Below are positions 1-9,604 of a stretch of 64,000 nt of DNA, piece after piece. Positions within the stretch are counted from its first letter, which is position 1. Each line of letters starts with the position of its first letter. The notes under the pieces are model-generated. The model searched no databases. It was not told where the DNA came from and worked only from the letters and a program-made list of their open reading frames with translations. The position numbers and the translations under genes were made by a program. The DNA comes from Verrucomicrobiota bacterium (lineage in GTDB: Bacteria > Verrucomicrobiota > Verrucomicrobiia > Chthoniobacterales > UBA10450): contig QHNV01000080.1 in assembly GCA_003218535.1 (NCBI GenBank), positions 9,532 through 73,531 of the forward strand. Direction: 5' to 3'.

Positions 1-182
1 TCGGCCGAATCGTTATCCACCGACAAAAGCACCGTGTGCGCCTCGAATCCAAGTGGACCTCGAAAGCTAAAATCGACCGTTTTAGACGAAGTTACTGTGG
101 CCCTGGTCACCATAAGGAACTGTCGCCGATATGATTGGATACTGGCCAGACGGGCTTTGCATTCTGCCAACGGCTGGCTCAT
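1..182 (-). CDS. N-terminal part of an unidentified protein; gene continues past the left edge
   Basis: Minus-strand ATG at 182..180 opens a frame that stays open to position 1 (MSQPLAECKARLASIQSYRRQFLMVTRATVTSSKTVDFSFRGPLGFEAHTVLLSVDNDSA...). It is absent from the ORF track because there is no stop in the window. No family recognised. Confidence 0.3.
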   Translation of the reverse strand, partial: MSQPLAECKARLASIQSYRRQFLMVTRATVTSSKTVDFSFRGPLGFEAHTVLLSVDNDSA

Positions 183-341
183 GTGTAAGGTTTTTTGTAA
201 GAGCATAGAATTAAGCGTTTATTGCAATTGAAGAAAGCAATAGCAATGCCAGCCGGCTTACCGGGGAAAATGGAGCTAGCATCTCTGATATGGTGTTCAT
301 TTTGTTTACACAGCTGTATCAGGCCAGTGACATCATCTCCC

Positions 342-983
342 TTAAGTCGAATCAACTATAAGTCGCCAGTCTAGCGGCAATTCCATCAGATTTTCACCTA
401 ATCCGCCCAGCAACGGAATATTGAGAATTTTCTTCAGCACGCCTTCATTCGTCGCCGCCGCTATGTCGTTCGTGCCCGGAGCGGGAGTCAATGCTACTGC
501 GAGACATCGCAAGCCGTACTCTGAGATGCTTCGTACGGTGAGCATCGTGTGATTAAGACAACCAAGCCTATCCTGCGCCACGACCAATACCGGCAGCTTC
601 ATTGCAGCGCCCAAATCGCTCACGAAATAACCAGATCGAATGGGCACGAGCCAACCACCTACGCCTTCTACGATAACGTGCTTAACTCGATTCTGGAGCG
701 CGTGAAAAGCAGCTAAAATATGCTCGATGTCGATGTTCACTCGCTCGATGAGGCTGCCTACAATCGGCGCGGCCGGCGTTTTCAGCCAAAGCGGATTGAC
801 GTCGTCAATTGTAAGCCCATCACTGCCGGCAGCCAGCAGAAGCTCTGCATCTTGACGATCTCCGCAGCAAATCGGTTTCATTCCGGCGCATGATGTTCCT
901 GATGCGCGCAACAGACGCAAGAGTTGAATCGCAGTATGTGTTTTGCCTACGCCGGTGTCTGTACCGGTGATAAATAAGCTCAC
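342..983 (-). CDS. bioD: dethiobiotin synthetase
   Basis: 213-aa ORF with N-terminal P-loop [12 protein letters not shown] and BioD-like layout (EGVGGW...). 4-nt overlap with purQ. Confidence 0.85.
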   Translation of the reverse strand: MSLFITGTDTGVGKTHTAIQLLRLLRASGTSCAGMKPICCGDRQDAELLLAAGSDGLTIDDVNPLWLKTPAAPIVGSLIERVNIDIEHILAAFHALQNRVKHVIVEGVGGWLVPIRSGYFVSDLGAAMKLPVLVVAQDRLGCLNHTMLTVRSISEYGLRCLAVALTPAPGTNDIAAATNEGVLKKILNIPLLGGLGENLMELPLDWRLIVDST

Positions 984-1714
984 GCGACCCGCTTTGCCCG
1001 CTCTGAAGCGCTCGTGGCGCGACTTGCCGCGATTGTTTGCATCATCGACCGAAAAATCTTCGCGCCATCTGCGCTGCCGAGCCGCGCATCGGACGCTCGA
1101 TCAGGATGGGGCATGAGGCCGAACACGTTGCCTTCGCGATTGCAGATGCCAGCGATGTTTTCGATTGAGCCATTCGGATTCGCTTCGGGAGCAACGCGTC
1201 CTTCTCTATCGGCGTATCGCAAGATCACTTGTTGGTTGGCGTCGAGTTCGCGAAGTCTCTCTCTCTCTGCGTAGAAGCAACCTTCTCCATGCGCAACGGG
1301 CAGGCGAAAAAGTGTTCCTTTGGGACAATCATGGGTGAACAGCGAATCATCCACTTCCACACGTGTGGTAACCATGTCGCATACGAACCGCAGCGAGCGG
1401 TTCCGCACCAGAGCGCCTGGCAAGAGACCGGCTTCACACAGAATCTGGAACCCGTTGCACGTGCCGAGCACAAGTTTGCCGGCGCGCGCGTCGCGGATCA
1501 CTGCTTTCATGATCGGGGAAAACCGAGCGATCGCGCCGCAACGAAGATAATCACCATATGCGAATCCTCCCGGTAATATGATCGCGTCGAAATCATCGAG
1601 CGAGGTTTCCTTATGCCAGACGTACTCCGCGTGCAATCCATCAAGTCCGTTTATCGACGCGACACAATCCTGATCACAGTTGGAACCGGGAAACTGGATA
1701 ACGGCGAACTTCAT
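980..1714 (-). CDS. purQ: phosphoribosylformylglycinamidine synthase, glutaminase subunit PurQ
   Basis: 244 aa, [14 protein letters not shown] start, catalytic Cys context GTCNGFQ, His context LMPHPDR. Confidence 0.92.
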   Translation of the reverse strand: MKFAVIQFPGSNCDQDCVASINGLDGLHAEYVWHKETSLDDFDAIILPGGFAYGDYLRCGAIARFSPIMKAVIRDARAGKLVLGTCNGFQILCEAGLLPGALVRNRSLRFVCDMVTTRVEVDDSLFTHDCPKGTLFRLPVAHGEGCFYAERERLRELDANQQVILRYADREGRVAPEANPNGSIENIAGICNREGNVFGLMPHPDRASDARLGSADGAKIFRSMMQTIAASRATSASERAKRVA

Positions 1715-1720
1715 ATCGAC

Positions 1721-1903
1721 CTAATGCATGGCCGCACGTTGCTCAGCGTGATAATCATTCACCACCAGGCAAGCGTGAATGACCCCTGGAATCCAACCGA
1801 GCAAAGTCAAAATCAGACTGAGAAAGAAACTGGCAATACGGCCGGTCATGAGCACTGCGACTGGCGGCAGCACCACACAGAAGAAATATCGCAGCGCTTT
1901 CAT
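1721..1903 (-). CDS. YqaE/Pmp3 family small membrane protein
   Basis: Internal ATG at 1903 gives MKALRYFFCVVLPPVAVLMTGRIASFFLSLILTLLGWIPGVIHACLVV..., the typical LPP.AV...LG.IPG.IHA pattern. ATGA overlap with the purS stop. Confidence 0.8.
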   Translation of the reverse strand: MKALRYFFCVVLPPVAVLMTGRIASFFLSLILTLLGWIPGVIHACLVVNDYHAEQRAAMH

Positions 1904-2223
1904 TTCCGGTTCCTCGTCTTTCGTTTCCGTAATTGAGCTTTGGGAGTTAGACGTTGGTTGCTGGTCGTTTGTTTCTCGCTTCCGCCTTCGCATTTCTGCA
2001 GCTCGTAATCTTCAATCACCGGATTCGATAACAAATCGCGGCAAAGGCCGCGTAGCCGCGATTCAAGATCTCCGTTTTGTCCCTCAATATCGATCTCCAT
2101 ATATTTGCCAATCCTGACACTGCGTATCTCTGGCATTCCAAGGTGTCGCATCGCGTCGCGGACTGCGTTTCCTTGCGGATCGAGCACGGCCGCCTTTGGC
2201 ATCACGATCACTTTTGCCTTCAT
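1900..2223 (-). CDS. purS: phosphoribosylformylglycinamidine synthase subunit PurS (with ~29-aa basic C-terminal tail)
   Basis: MKAKVIVMPKAAVLDPQGNAVRDAMRHLG...NPVIEDYEL matches PurS over ~80 aa. The frame then runs on to 107 aa. Confidence 0.85.
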   Translation of the reverse strand: MKAKVIVMPKAAVLDPQGNAVRDAMRHLGMPEIRSVRIGKYMEIDIEGQNGDLESRLRGLCRDLLSNPVIEDYELQKCEGGSEKQTTSNQRLTPKAQLRKRKTRNRK

Positions 2224-2286
2224 GGCTTCACCATATTTGCGACGAGCACTCGGACAAGCCTAATCCCCGAGAAACTCCATTGACGC

Positions 2287-4464
2287 TCACTTCAAAACTA
2301 CAACGTCGAGAGCTCCATCGCGGCGGAGGACGTTGACGCCTACATCGCCTTCTTCGTGTCTGGTGAGTAGAAGATCGACGCGCGCTTCCCCAACCCTCAG
2401 GTCCCGGATCGTCACTTGGCGAAGGAAAGCCGGCAAAAGCGGTTTCGAAAATACGAGTCTTTGTTCCGGAGCCAACACCTTCAAGCCCAGACAAGATTCG
2501 ACCAAAAGAAACACGGCGGCCGAGGCCCACGCCTGTGGTGCACATGCCACAGGATAGAGCGTGGGCGATTCGTCTGGGCGCCTTGGGAAACCACAAAATA
2601 ATTCGGGAAGACGATGCAGATCAAAGAAAAGAGTCGCATCGAGCAAGCCCGCCAGAACCACTGCTGCCGATTCCTTCAGTCCATATCGGGCAAATCCCGC
2701 AGCAATTAAGGCGTTATCGTGGGGCCAGACCGACCCGTTGTGGTAGGACATGGGGTTGTAGCGCGCCTCGCTGGTAGCGACCGTACGAATTCCCCAGCCG
2801 GAGAACGATGCTTCGCTTGTGAGCATAGCCACTACGCGGCGTGCGCGCTCCTCCGTCGCGATACCCGCAAAAAGACAATGACCGGCATTCGACGTTCGCA
2901 CTCGGCAGGGCTGCTTGCTCCCATCCAGCGCAAGGGCGTAGCTTGAAAGATCATCGCACCAGAAGGCTTTCTCGAATCGGCGACGGAGCGCTTCCGCTTG
3001 TTTTGCCAACTCTCGCGATCGTGTGGCGTCCCCGAGAACTTTTGCAAGTTCACTGGCTGCGACCTTGGCGGCATAGACGTATCCCTGCACTTCACACAGA
3101 GCGATGGCACCTTCAGCAGAATCGCCGTCCCTATGGAAAATCGCGTCGTGAGAATCCTTCCAACCCTGATGGACGAGGCCGCGCTTCGACTTGCGGCTGT
3201 ATTCGACGAAGCCGTCGCCATCCAAGTCGCCATAACGATCGATCCAGGCGAGCGCGCGCTCGATATTTGGCCAGATAGCTTCCATGAACGGCCGGTCGCC
3301 AGTGCGCGCGTAGTATGCACCGGCCAACATAACGAAAAGCGGCGTCGCATCGATGCTGCCGTAATAGCGCTTGAACGGAATCTCGCCCAGGGTGGCCATT
3401 TCATCCTCGCGCATTTCGTGCAGCACCTTGCCCGGCTGGGCATCTTGCTCGGGGTTATCTATGTCTGATTGGTTAGCTGCCAGATACGCCAGGACGCCAC
3501 GAGCGATAGAGGGATCGAACCAAAGGCATTCACGCGCAGTAATGATTCCATCCCGCCCGAACACTGTGCTGTACCACGGAACACCAGCGTAAGGATACGG
3601 GCCATAGGGCGTTTCCGTTCGCATCATGTGGAGATCGGCCACTGAGCGGTTCAGCCAGTCGTTGAACTGCTCGTTTGAAGTGAAAATTCGAGGTTCCTGG
3701 GCGTGCGCACGCTCGAGCTCATGGGCCGCCTCCTGAACAATTTTTTCATAACAAGGCTTGATCTCGACTGGCGAATCGCCTTCCACTTTGCATGCAATCG
3801 CCCAGCGGTAGCTCGCCTCTTCGCCGGGCTCCAAACGCACTTGGAAGCTGGCGACGGACTCGCTTAAACGAGTCGGCTGCGGGTCGAAAACAATTCGCGT
3901 CAGACGAAGGCGGTCGTCCAACCCTTCGTACGCGAGCACGAGCCCATCGTTTTTCACCTCCGTTTCGATCCGACGGCCGCGGCGTTCACGCTTCGTGCCG
4001 CGCAACTCGAAAATATCGGCAAAATCCGCGTCGTATTCGATGGCGAACGAAAAATCGATGGCTGCCCGTCCGTAGTTATGAATTCGCAGCCGCTCGTGAC
4101 AGGTTCTCTGCCACAAAATCTTTGAGCGAAAAATGTGCACTGTTCCTCGCGGAATCACTGTTTCCCCATCACGAGAGACATCGGGATTTGTGGCATCCAC
4201 CGCCATGATGGCGTTGTCCTCTCTGACGGTGGAGCTAAGCAACAGCGGCCGGTGCTTTCCAAGCTTTAACGTTAGTCGAGACAAGAAACGCGTGTCCTGA
4301 TGGTAAAGACCTAGTTCGCCAGCGCCGAATGTGTCAATGTCACCAAAACGATCGAACACCGCGAAGGTATCGCTTTGCTTCAATACCCGCGTGCGAACAT
4401 CGACGCGCGGTGACGATGAACGAATGTAAAACTCGTCCCGGATACGGATAACTTCCCTGGCCAT
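2287..4464 (-). CDS. amylo-alpha-1,6-glucosidase / glycogen-debranching-enzyme-like glycoside hydrolase
   Basis: ~725 aa from ATG 4464 (MAREVIRIRDEFY). GDE N-terminal-like region plus (alpha/alpha)6 C-terminal region (GVPWYSTVFGRDG, YHNGSVWPHDN). Its start overlaps the stop of the upstream glycosyltransferase (TAATG). Confidence 0.8.
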   Translation of the reverse strand: MAREVIRIRDEFYIRSSSPRVDVRTRVLKQSDTFAVFDRFGDIDTFGAGELGLYHQDTRFLSRLTLKLGKHRPLLLSSTVREDNAIMAVDATNPDVSRDGETVIPRGTVHIFRSKILWQRTCHERLRIHNYGRAAIDFSFAIEYDADFADIFELRGTKRERRGRRIETEVKNDGLVLAYEGLDDRLRLTRIVFDPQPTRLSESVASFQVRLEPGEEASYRWAIACKVEGDSPVEIKPCYEKIVQEAAHELERAHAQEPRIFTSNEQFNDWLNRSVADLHMMRTETPYGPYPYAGVPWYSTVFGRDGIITARECLWFDPSIARGVLAYLAANQSDIDNPEQDAQPGKVLHEMREDEMATLGEIPFKRYYGSIDATPLFVMLAGAYYARTGDRPFMEAIWPNIERALAWIDRYGDLDGDGFVEYSRKSKRGLVHQGWKDSHDAIFHRDGDSAEGAIALCEVQGYVYAAKVAASELAKVLGDATRSRELAKQAEALRRRFEKAFWCDDLSSYALALDGSKQPCRVRTSNAGHCLFAGIATEERARRVVAMLTSEASFSGWGIRTVATSEARYNPMSYHNGSVWPHDNALIAAGFARYGLKESAAVVLAGLLDATLFFDLHRLPELFCGFPRRPDESPTLYPVACAPQAWASAAVFLLVESCLGLKVLAPEQRLVFSKPLLPAFLRQVTIRDLRVGEARVDLLLTRHEEGDVGVNVLRRDGALDVVVLK

Positions 4465-5522
4465 TACGCACACTCCTCCAATGCTTTGTGTTCCTTCCGT
4501 CGTCTAATAAGCCGCTCGTAAACCCGCAAGTAGTCATGCGCCATTCGAGTGGCTGTGAAGCGTTTCTCGAAGAATTCGCGACAACGCTTCCGATTCAGCT
4601 CCGGCACGCGCCGGACCGCTTCCACTGCCTCTTCAAGGTTCCTCACGATGAAACCCGTGTGGCCTTCTTCCATTACTTCGGGGACCGCTCCGCGGCGGCG
4701 GGCAATCACGGGTGTCCCGCAAGCCATCGCTTCAATCATCACGAGCCCGAACGGCTCCGGCCAGTCGATTGGCAAAAGGAGAGCGTAAGCATTTCCGAGG
4801 AACTCGTCTTTCTCTCCGTCGCCGATCTCGCCAACGAATTCCACAAGCGGGTGGCGTAGCAGCGGCTTCACTGCGTTCTCAAAATAATCTTTGTCAACCG
4901 GATCGACTTTGGCCGCAATCTTAAGCGGAATCTGAGCTTGCTTGGCGATTTTAATTGCCCGATCCACGCGTTTTTCCGGCGAAATCCGCCCCAGAAAGGC
5001 AAGATAACTTCCCGGCTCTGAACGGAACTGGTAAAGGCTAGTCGGCACCCCATGATAAACCGTTGCCTGCCAGTTTGCCCAGGGTAAAGGTTCCCTCTGC
5101 TCATTCGAAATCGAGATTACTGGCATGTCGCGAAACTCCCGGTAAAGCGGAACGAGATCCGGAATATCGAGGCGCCCGTGCAACGTGGTCACATGCGTTA
5201 TCGGCTGACGGCGGCTTAGCGGAAAGTGCAGATAGTCAACGTGAAAATGCACGATATCGAACTCCGCCGCGCGCTGGAACACACGTTCAAGCATCAGGAT
5301 CTGGTAGGCCATCTGGTCTATGCAATGCTTGTCCAAGCGCAATGAGCGCTGGCATGCCGCGACCAGTCGGGCCCTGGTCACCGAGTCTCCGCTCGCAAAG
5401 AGCGTCACCTCGTGACCCTGGCGGATCAATTCCTCCGCGAGATACGATACCACCCGTTCGGTTCCCCCGTAATATTTGGGCGGAACGCTTTCGTAAAGTG
5501 GCGCTACCTGTGCAATTCGCAT
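4464..5522 (-). CDS. glycosyltransferase family 4 (GT-B, group 1)
   Basis: MRIAQVAPLYESVPPKYYGGTERVV start and C-terminal PEPFGLVMIEAMACGTPVIA motif. An alternative TTG start lies at 5543. Confidence 0.85.
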   Translation of the reverse strand: MRIAQVAPLYESVPPKYYGGTERVVSYLAEELIRQGHEVTLFASGDSVTRARLVAACQRSLRLDKHCIDQMAYQILMLERVFQRAAEFDIVHFHVDYLHFPLSRRQPITHVTTLHGRLDIPDLVPLYREFRDMPVISISNEQREPLPWANWQATVYHGVPTSLYQFRSEPGSYLAFLGRISPEKRVDRAIKIAKQAQIPLKIAAKVDPVDKDYFENAVKPLLRHPLVEFVGEIGDGEKDEFLGNAYALLLPIDWPEPFGLVMIEAMACGTPVIARRRGAVPEVMEEGHTGFIVRNLEEAVEAVRRVPELNRKRCREFFEKRFTATRMAHDYLRVYERLIRRRKEHKALEECA

Positions 5523-5634
5523 CACAATTCCAATCTCCCTCAAACGGACCTCTTGAAAATTTTCGGGTCCAATCCACTTAGGTCAAACGGCAAGCGCGCA
5601 AAACAAGTGGCGTGCCTACCGCATTTCCTCAGCC

Positions 5635-7365
5635 CTAGCGAACAACGTCACTAGGCTTTTTATCTTCGCGCAAGCCAACGAAAACGGGCGCACGCAGTTT
5701 CCCGTCGCGGGTCCACTCGGCGAATTTGATTTCAGCTACGAACTTCGGATTGATCCAGTGCATCGTGCGCATCATCGAAGGAGTGATGTCCTGCACCCAT
5801 TGCCCATTTTGCTTTGACGGCAGATCGACAAATGGACAGTCGTCGCGTTCTTCGGCCTGGAATTTTTTGTGCAAGCTCGCCAATGACTTTGCCGTAAATC
5901 CGGTGCCGACCTTACCGGCGAAGATAAGCTTTTTGTCTTTGTAGTAGCCAACCAGCATCGCGCCAAAATGTTTGCGCGCCCCCTGGGGTGGCGTGTATCC
6001 GCCGATGACGAATTCCTGCTGGCTGACACATTTGAGCTTGATCCACGCGCCGCTGCGACGTCCGGGTTCGTAAACCGAGTTACGTTGTTTGCCCACAATT
6101 CCTTCCAAGCCCCAGCGTTTCACTTCATCGAGCAATGTTTTCGCGTCTCCGCCAATCGCACCGGAATAACGGATTGGGTCGTCCGCATCGGCGCACAGTT
6201 TTTCCAGAACGTTTTTCCGCGCCTCCAATGGCAGTAATAGCAGGCTTTTGCCGTCGAGCTGGAGCAGATCGAATGCATAGAAATAAACGGGGGACCTTCG
6301 TCCTTCCATTTCGCGCGCTTGAAGAAGTTGGAACGACGAGCGACCCCGCTCGTCCAGAGCAACCACTTCGCCGTCAATCACACATTCACGCGCTGGCAGA
6401 TTTTTAACCGCGTCCACAATCTCTGGGAAGCGCCCCCCTAACTCGTTTTGATTCCGCGACAGAAGCGAGACTTTGTTGTCGCTCTTGACTGCAATTAACC
6501 GAATGCCGTCGAATTTGAGTTCATAAATCCAATCACCCGCCGCCGGTGGCTTCTCGACCAGCTTCGCTTTCATCGGGTCGATGAAGCGCGCTTTGGCAGT
6601 GGGCAAATTTGGTAGCCTGTCATCCTGAACGGAGCGCAGCGCAGTCGAAGGACCCCACGAACTTGTCTTTAACTCCTTGCGACGGGATTCCTCGACTTCG
6701 CTCGGAATGACAGGTTTTCGTGCCATCGCTTTTCTGATTCGCGTTTTAAATTTCGATCTCGGGCTTTCATCGATTTCGCGATTGGATTCCCATTCGGCGT
6801 CGCGGGCTTCGGCGATTTGTTTCATCGTGCGTCCGCTCTTTACCGATTGATCTTCGAGCCTTTTCGGCGGCGCTTTTGCATCGTCTCCTGTTTTTAAGAT
6901 CAACCACTGATCTTTGGCATCATCGCGGCCGCGAATGCGCACGAGCGTCCATTCGCCTTTCGCCTTTTTTCCGTCGAGAACGAGGTGAAGCTTTCCTTCC
7001 TGCAACGACTTTACCGGCTGCTCGCCATAAACATGATAATTGCCGCGGTCCCATACCATCACCGTACCGCCGCCGTACTGTCCCTCGGGGATGACGCCTT
7101 CGAAATCTTCGTATTCCATTGGGTGATCTTCGACTTCGACGGCGAGATGTTTTTCGCCGCGCTTCCAGGGAAGTCCTTTCGGCAGCGCCCATGATTTTAA
7201 AACGCCTTCCATTTGCAACCGGAAGTCGTAATGCAGACGGCGTGCATCGTGTTTGTGGATAACGAAACGCGACGCGCCCCGCACCACTTTTGGCAATGAC
7301 TTTGCGCCTTTCGGCTCTGATGTTTTCCGAAAATCCCGTTTCGACTTGTATTCCTTGAGGCCCAT
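5635..7365 (-). CDS. ligD: ATP-dependent DNA ligase LigD, phosphoesterase + ligase domains (no polymerase domain)
   Basis: N-terminal 3'-phosphoesterase signature RFVIHKHDARRLHYDFRL. Ligase adenylation motif YELKFDGIR. OB-fold tail ...KFAEWTRDGKLRAPVF. Confidence 0.88.
   Translation of the reverse strand: MGLKEYKSKRDFRKTSEPKGAKSLPKVVRGASRFVIHKHDARRLHYDFRLQMEGVLKSWALPKGLPWKRGEKHLAVEVEDHPMEYEDFEGVIPEGQYGGGTVMVWDRGNYHVYGEQPVKSLQEGKLHLVLDGKKAKGEWTLVRIRGRDDAKDQWLILKTGDDAKAPPKRLEDQSVKSGRTMKQIAEARDAEWESNREIDESPRSKFKTRIRKAMARKPVIPSEVEESRRKELKTSSWGPSTALRSVQDDRLPNLPTAKARFIDPMKAKLVEKPPAAGDWIYELKFDGIRLIAVKSDNKVSLLSRNQNELGGRFPEIVDAVKNLPARECVIDGEVVALDERGRSSFQLLQAREMEGRRSPVYFYAFDLLQLDGKSLLLLPLEARKNVLEKLCADADDPIRYSGAIGGDAKTLLDEVKRWGLEGIVGKQRNSVYEPGRRSGAWIKLKCVSQQEFVIGGYTPPQGARKHFGAMLVGYYKDKKLIFAGKVGTGFTAKSLASLHKKFQAEERDDCPFVDLPSKQNGQWVQDITPSMMRTMHWINPKFVAEIKFAEWTRDGKLRAPVFVGLREDKKPSDVVR
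6617..6713. repeat. palindromic MITE/REP-like element, copy A (inside ligD, in frame)
   Basis: ctgtcatcctgaacggagcgcagcgcagtcgaagga...gggattcctcgacttcgctcggaatgacag. Both arms are nearly identical to the copy at 32797..32892, and the termini are inverted (tgtcatcc / ggaatgaca). Confidence 0.8.
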
Positions 7366-7439
7366 TTTTCCGCAATCTAACCGCGGACTAGCCGCCTGCG
7401 CATCAAGGAACCGTCAAGCGCAGAATCGCCGCCAAGACG

Positions 7440-8057
7440 TTACAATTCCGAGGAAAGCGGTTCGCCCATCAAATAGCGGGTGAAACGGCGAATGACGATG
7501 TTCTCGCCCAGCTCCGTGATCTTGGCCTTGACAAGGTCGCCAATAGTTTGATCCGGATTTTTGATGAACCCTTGCTCGAGTAGACAAACGGTGCTGTAGA
7601 ACTTGTCGAGTTTCCCGTCGATAATTTTCTCCGCTACGTTTTCCGGTTTCCCTTTCGCCTGTGCTTTATAAATCTCGCGCTCCGCTTCGATGAGGTTGCT
7701 CGGAACATCCCCGCGACTGACGTAAAGCGGGTGCGCCGCCGCGATATGCAAGGTGATGTCTTTGACGAAGCCGCGGAAGTTTTCGTTCTTGGCCACGAAA
7801 TCGGTCTCGCAATTCACTTCCACAAGCACGCCCACCTTGCCTTGCTGGTGAATGTAAGACGCAATGATTCCTTCCTTAGTTGCGCGCGACGCTCTTTTGC
7901 TCGCGCTAGCAATACCCTTTGAGCGTAGAATCGCCTCGGCTTTTGCGAAGTCGCCGCTGGCTTCCACCAGCGCGCGTTTACAATCCATCATTCCCGCATT
8001 GGTTTTTTCGCGGAGTTTCTTAACCAGTTGCGGATCGATTTCTGTCATTGCTTTCAT
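7440..8057 (-). CDS. tsf: translation elongation factor Ts (short form)
   Basis: VKKLREKTNAGMMDCKRAL N-terminus and VLVEVNCETDFVAKN core. Directly downstream of rpsB. Confidence 0.93.
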   Translation of the reverse strand: MKAMTEIDPQLVKKLREKTNAGMMDCKRALVEASGDFAKAEAILRSKGIASASKRASRATKEGIIASYIHQQGKVGVLVEVNCETDFVAKNENFRGFVKDITLHIAAAHPLYVSRGDVPSNLIEAEREIYKAQAKGKPENVAEKIIDGKLDKFYSTVCLLEQGFIKNPDQTIGDLVKAKITELGENIVIRRFTRYLMGEPLSSEL

Positions 8058-8103
8058 TTAAACGTTGGGCGTTCGACGCCGGGGGCGAGACGCTTTCTGC
8101 GGC

Positions 8104-8835
8104 TTACGCCGATACTCCAGCCATTTCGATTTGCTCGCGAATTCGAGCTTCGTTGCTGGCCGAAACGATGGCGTCCACCAGCTTTTGCAAAATCACGCGG
8201 ATCGCGCGAATCGCATCGTCGTTTCCCGCAATCGGATAATCGACCAGATCTGGGTCCGCATTCGTGTCGACGATCGCCACGACCGGAATCCCAAGGCGCC
8301 GCGCCTCGTTTACTGCATTTTGCTCGCGAGTAGTGTCGATCACGATCAACACGTCAGGCAGCTGCGACATCTCGACTATCCCCTCAAGATTGCGCCGGAG
8401 CTTCGCCGCCTCGCGATTGAGCGCGGCCAATTCCTGTTTGCCCATCTTTTTGTAATCGGGTGATTGCTCGATCTGCTCGATATATTTCAGTCGGCCAATG
8501 CTCTTGCGGATGGTGGAGAGATTCGTCAAGGTGCCGCCGAGCCAGCGTTGATTAACGTAGAATTGGCCGCAAGCCAGCGCCGCTTCCTTGATCGCTTCCT
8601 GCGCTTGTTTTTTGCACCCTACAAACAAGATCTTCCCACCGCGGCGCACAATCTCCTGAAGAAACTCCGTCGCACGCTGGAGCTGTCTCACTGTTTCGTC
8701 CAGATTAATGATATAAATCTGATTGCGCTGTTCAAAGATGAACGGCTTCATCTTCGGGTTCCAACGCTTGGTCTGGTGTCCGAAATGGACACCCGCCTCG
8801 AGAAGTTCCGGCACTAATTCTGTTGTGTCAGCCAT
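8104..8835 (-). CDS. rpsB: 30S ribosomal protein S2
   Basis: ATG at 8835 gives MADTTELVPELLEAGVHFGHQTKRWNPKM... The longer 288-aa ORF upstream is unlikely to be translated. Confidence 0.93.
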   Translation of the reverse strand: MADTTELVPELLEAGVHFGHQTKRWNPKMKPFIFEQRNQIYIINLDETVRQLQRATEFLQEIVRRGGKILFVGCKKQAQEAIKEAALACGQFYVNQRWLGGTLTNLSTIRKSIGRLKYIEQIEQSPDYKKMGKQELAALNREAAKLRRNLEGIVEMSQLPDVLIVIDTTREQNAVNEARRLGIPVVAIVDTNADPDLVDYPIAGNDDAIRAIRVILQKLVDAIVSASNEARIREQIEMAGVSA

Positions 8836-8903
8836 AAAAAAGCGCGCCGACCGAGTGGCCCGAGCGGGGTGTAAATATGATATGTCGCTCACAGATGGCA
8901 AAT

Positions 8904-9464
8904 TCAATTTCCGCAGAACGTTCGTCGGTTTTGTGGAATTCGCTCGGCATAACGCGCCAGCACCCAGCAAAGATCGGAGAGTCGATTGATGTAGCGCAGA
9001 ATCTCTGAGTTAAAATCTTTTTCCTTGGCCATGAACCTAGCAATATGTCGCTCGGCGCGACGGCAGGTTGCACGAGCTAAATCTAGAGCGGCCGAAACGG
9101 TCGTCGCTCCGGGTACCGCCCAATCTTTAGCATAAAGCGATTTATCTTTCTCAAGATCGACAATAACAGTAGTGATTCGGTCAACCATGGCCGTCGTAGC
9201 GAGTTGAAAGCCGTCTTTGACATAACGTGCTCGATCTTGCGGCACGGTCGCCAGTTCGCCCATGACAACAATCAAATCTTTCTGCGCAGCCAGTATTTCG
9301 TTCGAGAGAAACTTTTTTTTTGAAAGGGCACGGGCGAGACCTAGCGCAGCCATCAATTCGTCGAGGCATCCGTACGCGTCAACGCGCGTGTCACTTTTGG
9401 GCACACGCCGCCCGTACATGAGCGACGTTTCGCCTTTGTCGCCGGTTTTGGTTACGATCGACAT
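8904..9464 (-). CDS. ATP:cob(I)alamin adenosyltransferase, PduO type
   Basis: MSIVTKTGDKGETSLMYGRRVPKSDTRVDAYGCLDEL is the canonical PduO-type N-terminus. 186 aa. Confidence 0.85.
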   Translation of the reverse strand: MSIVTKTGDKGETSLMYGRRVPKSDTRVDAYGCLDELMAALGLARALSKKKFLSNEILAAQKDLIVVMGELATVPQDRARYVKDGFQLATTAMVDRITTVIVDLEKDKSLYAKDWAVPGATTVSAALDLARATCRRAERHIARFMAKEKDFNSEILRYINRLSDLCWVLARYAERIPQNRRTFCGN

Positions 9465-9604
9465 CAGGAAAACTTTAGGGCGTTTGATTTGCTCGCGCCA
9501 GCTCGCTCACCCTTCGAGCTTCCCGTCTATGTCGCTAGGCTCTATTCTGTGAAACGCCAATCTGTTGGTGGCGTCTGACATACGCCCTACAAAGCACGCA
9601 GATG

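Noticed and set aside
1900-1993. 29-aa basic tail on PurS and the alternative long start of the YqaE ORF overlapping it
   Set aside because: The tail may only reflect a late stop codon. The ATGA-coupled internal start at 1903 explains the YqaE gene without any long out-of-frame overlap.
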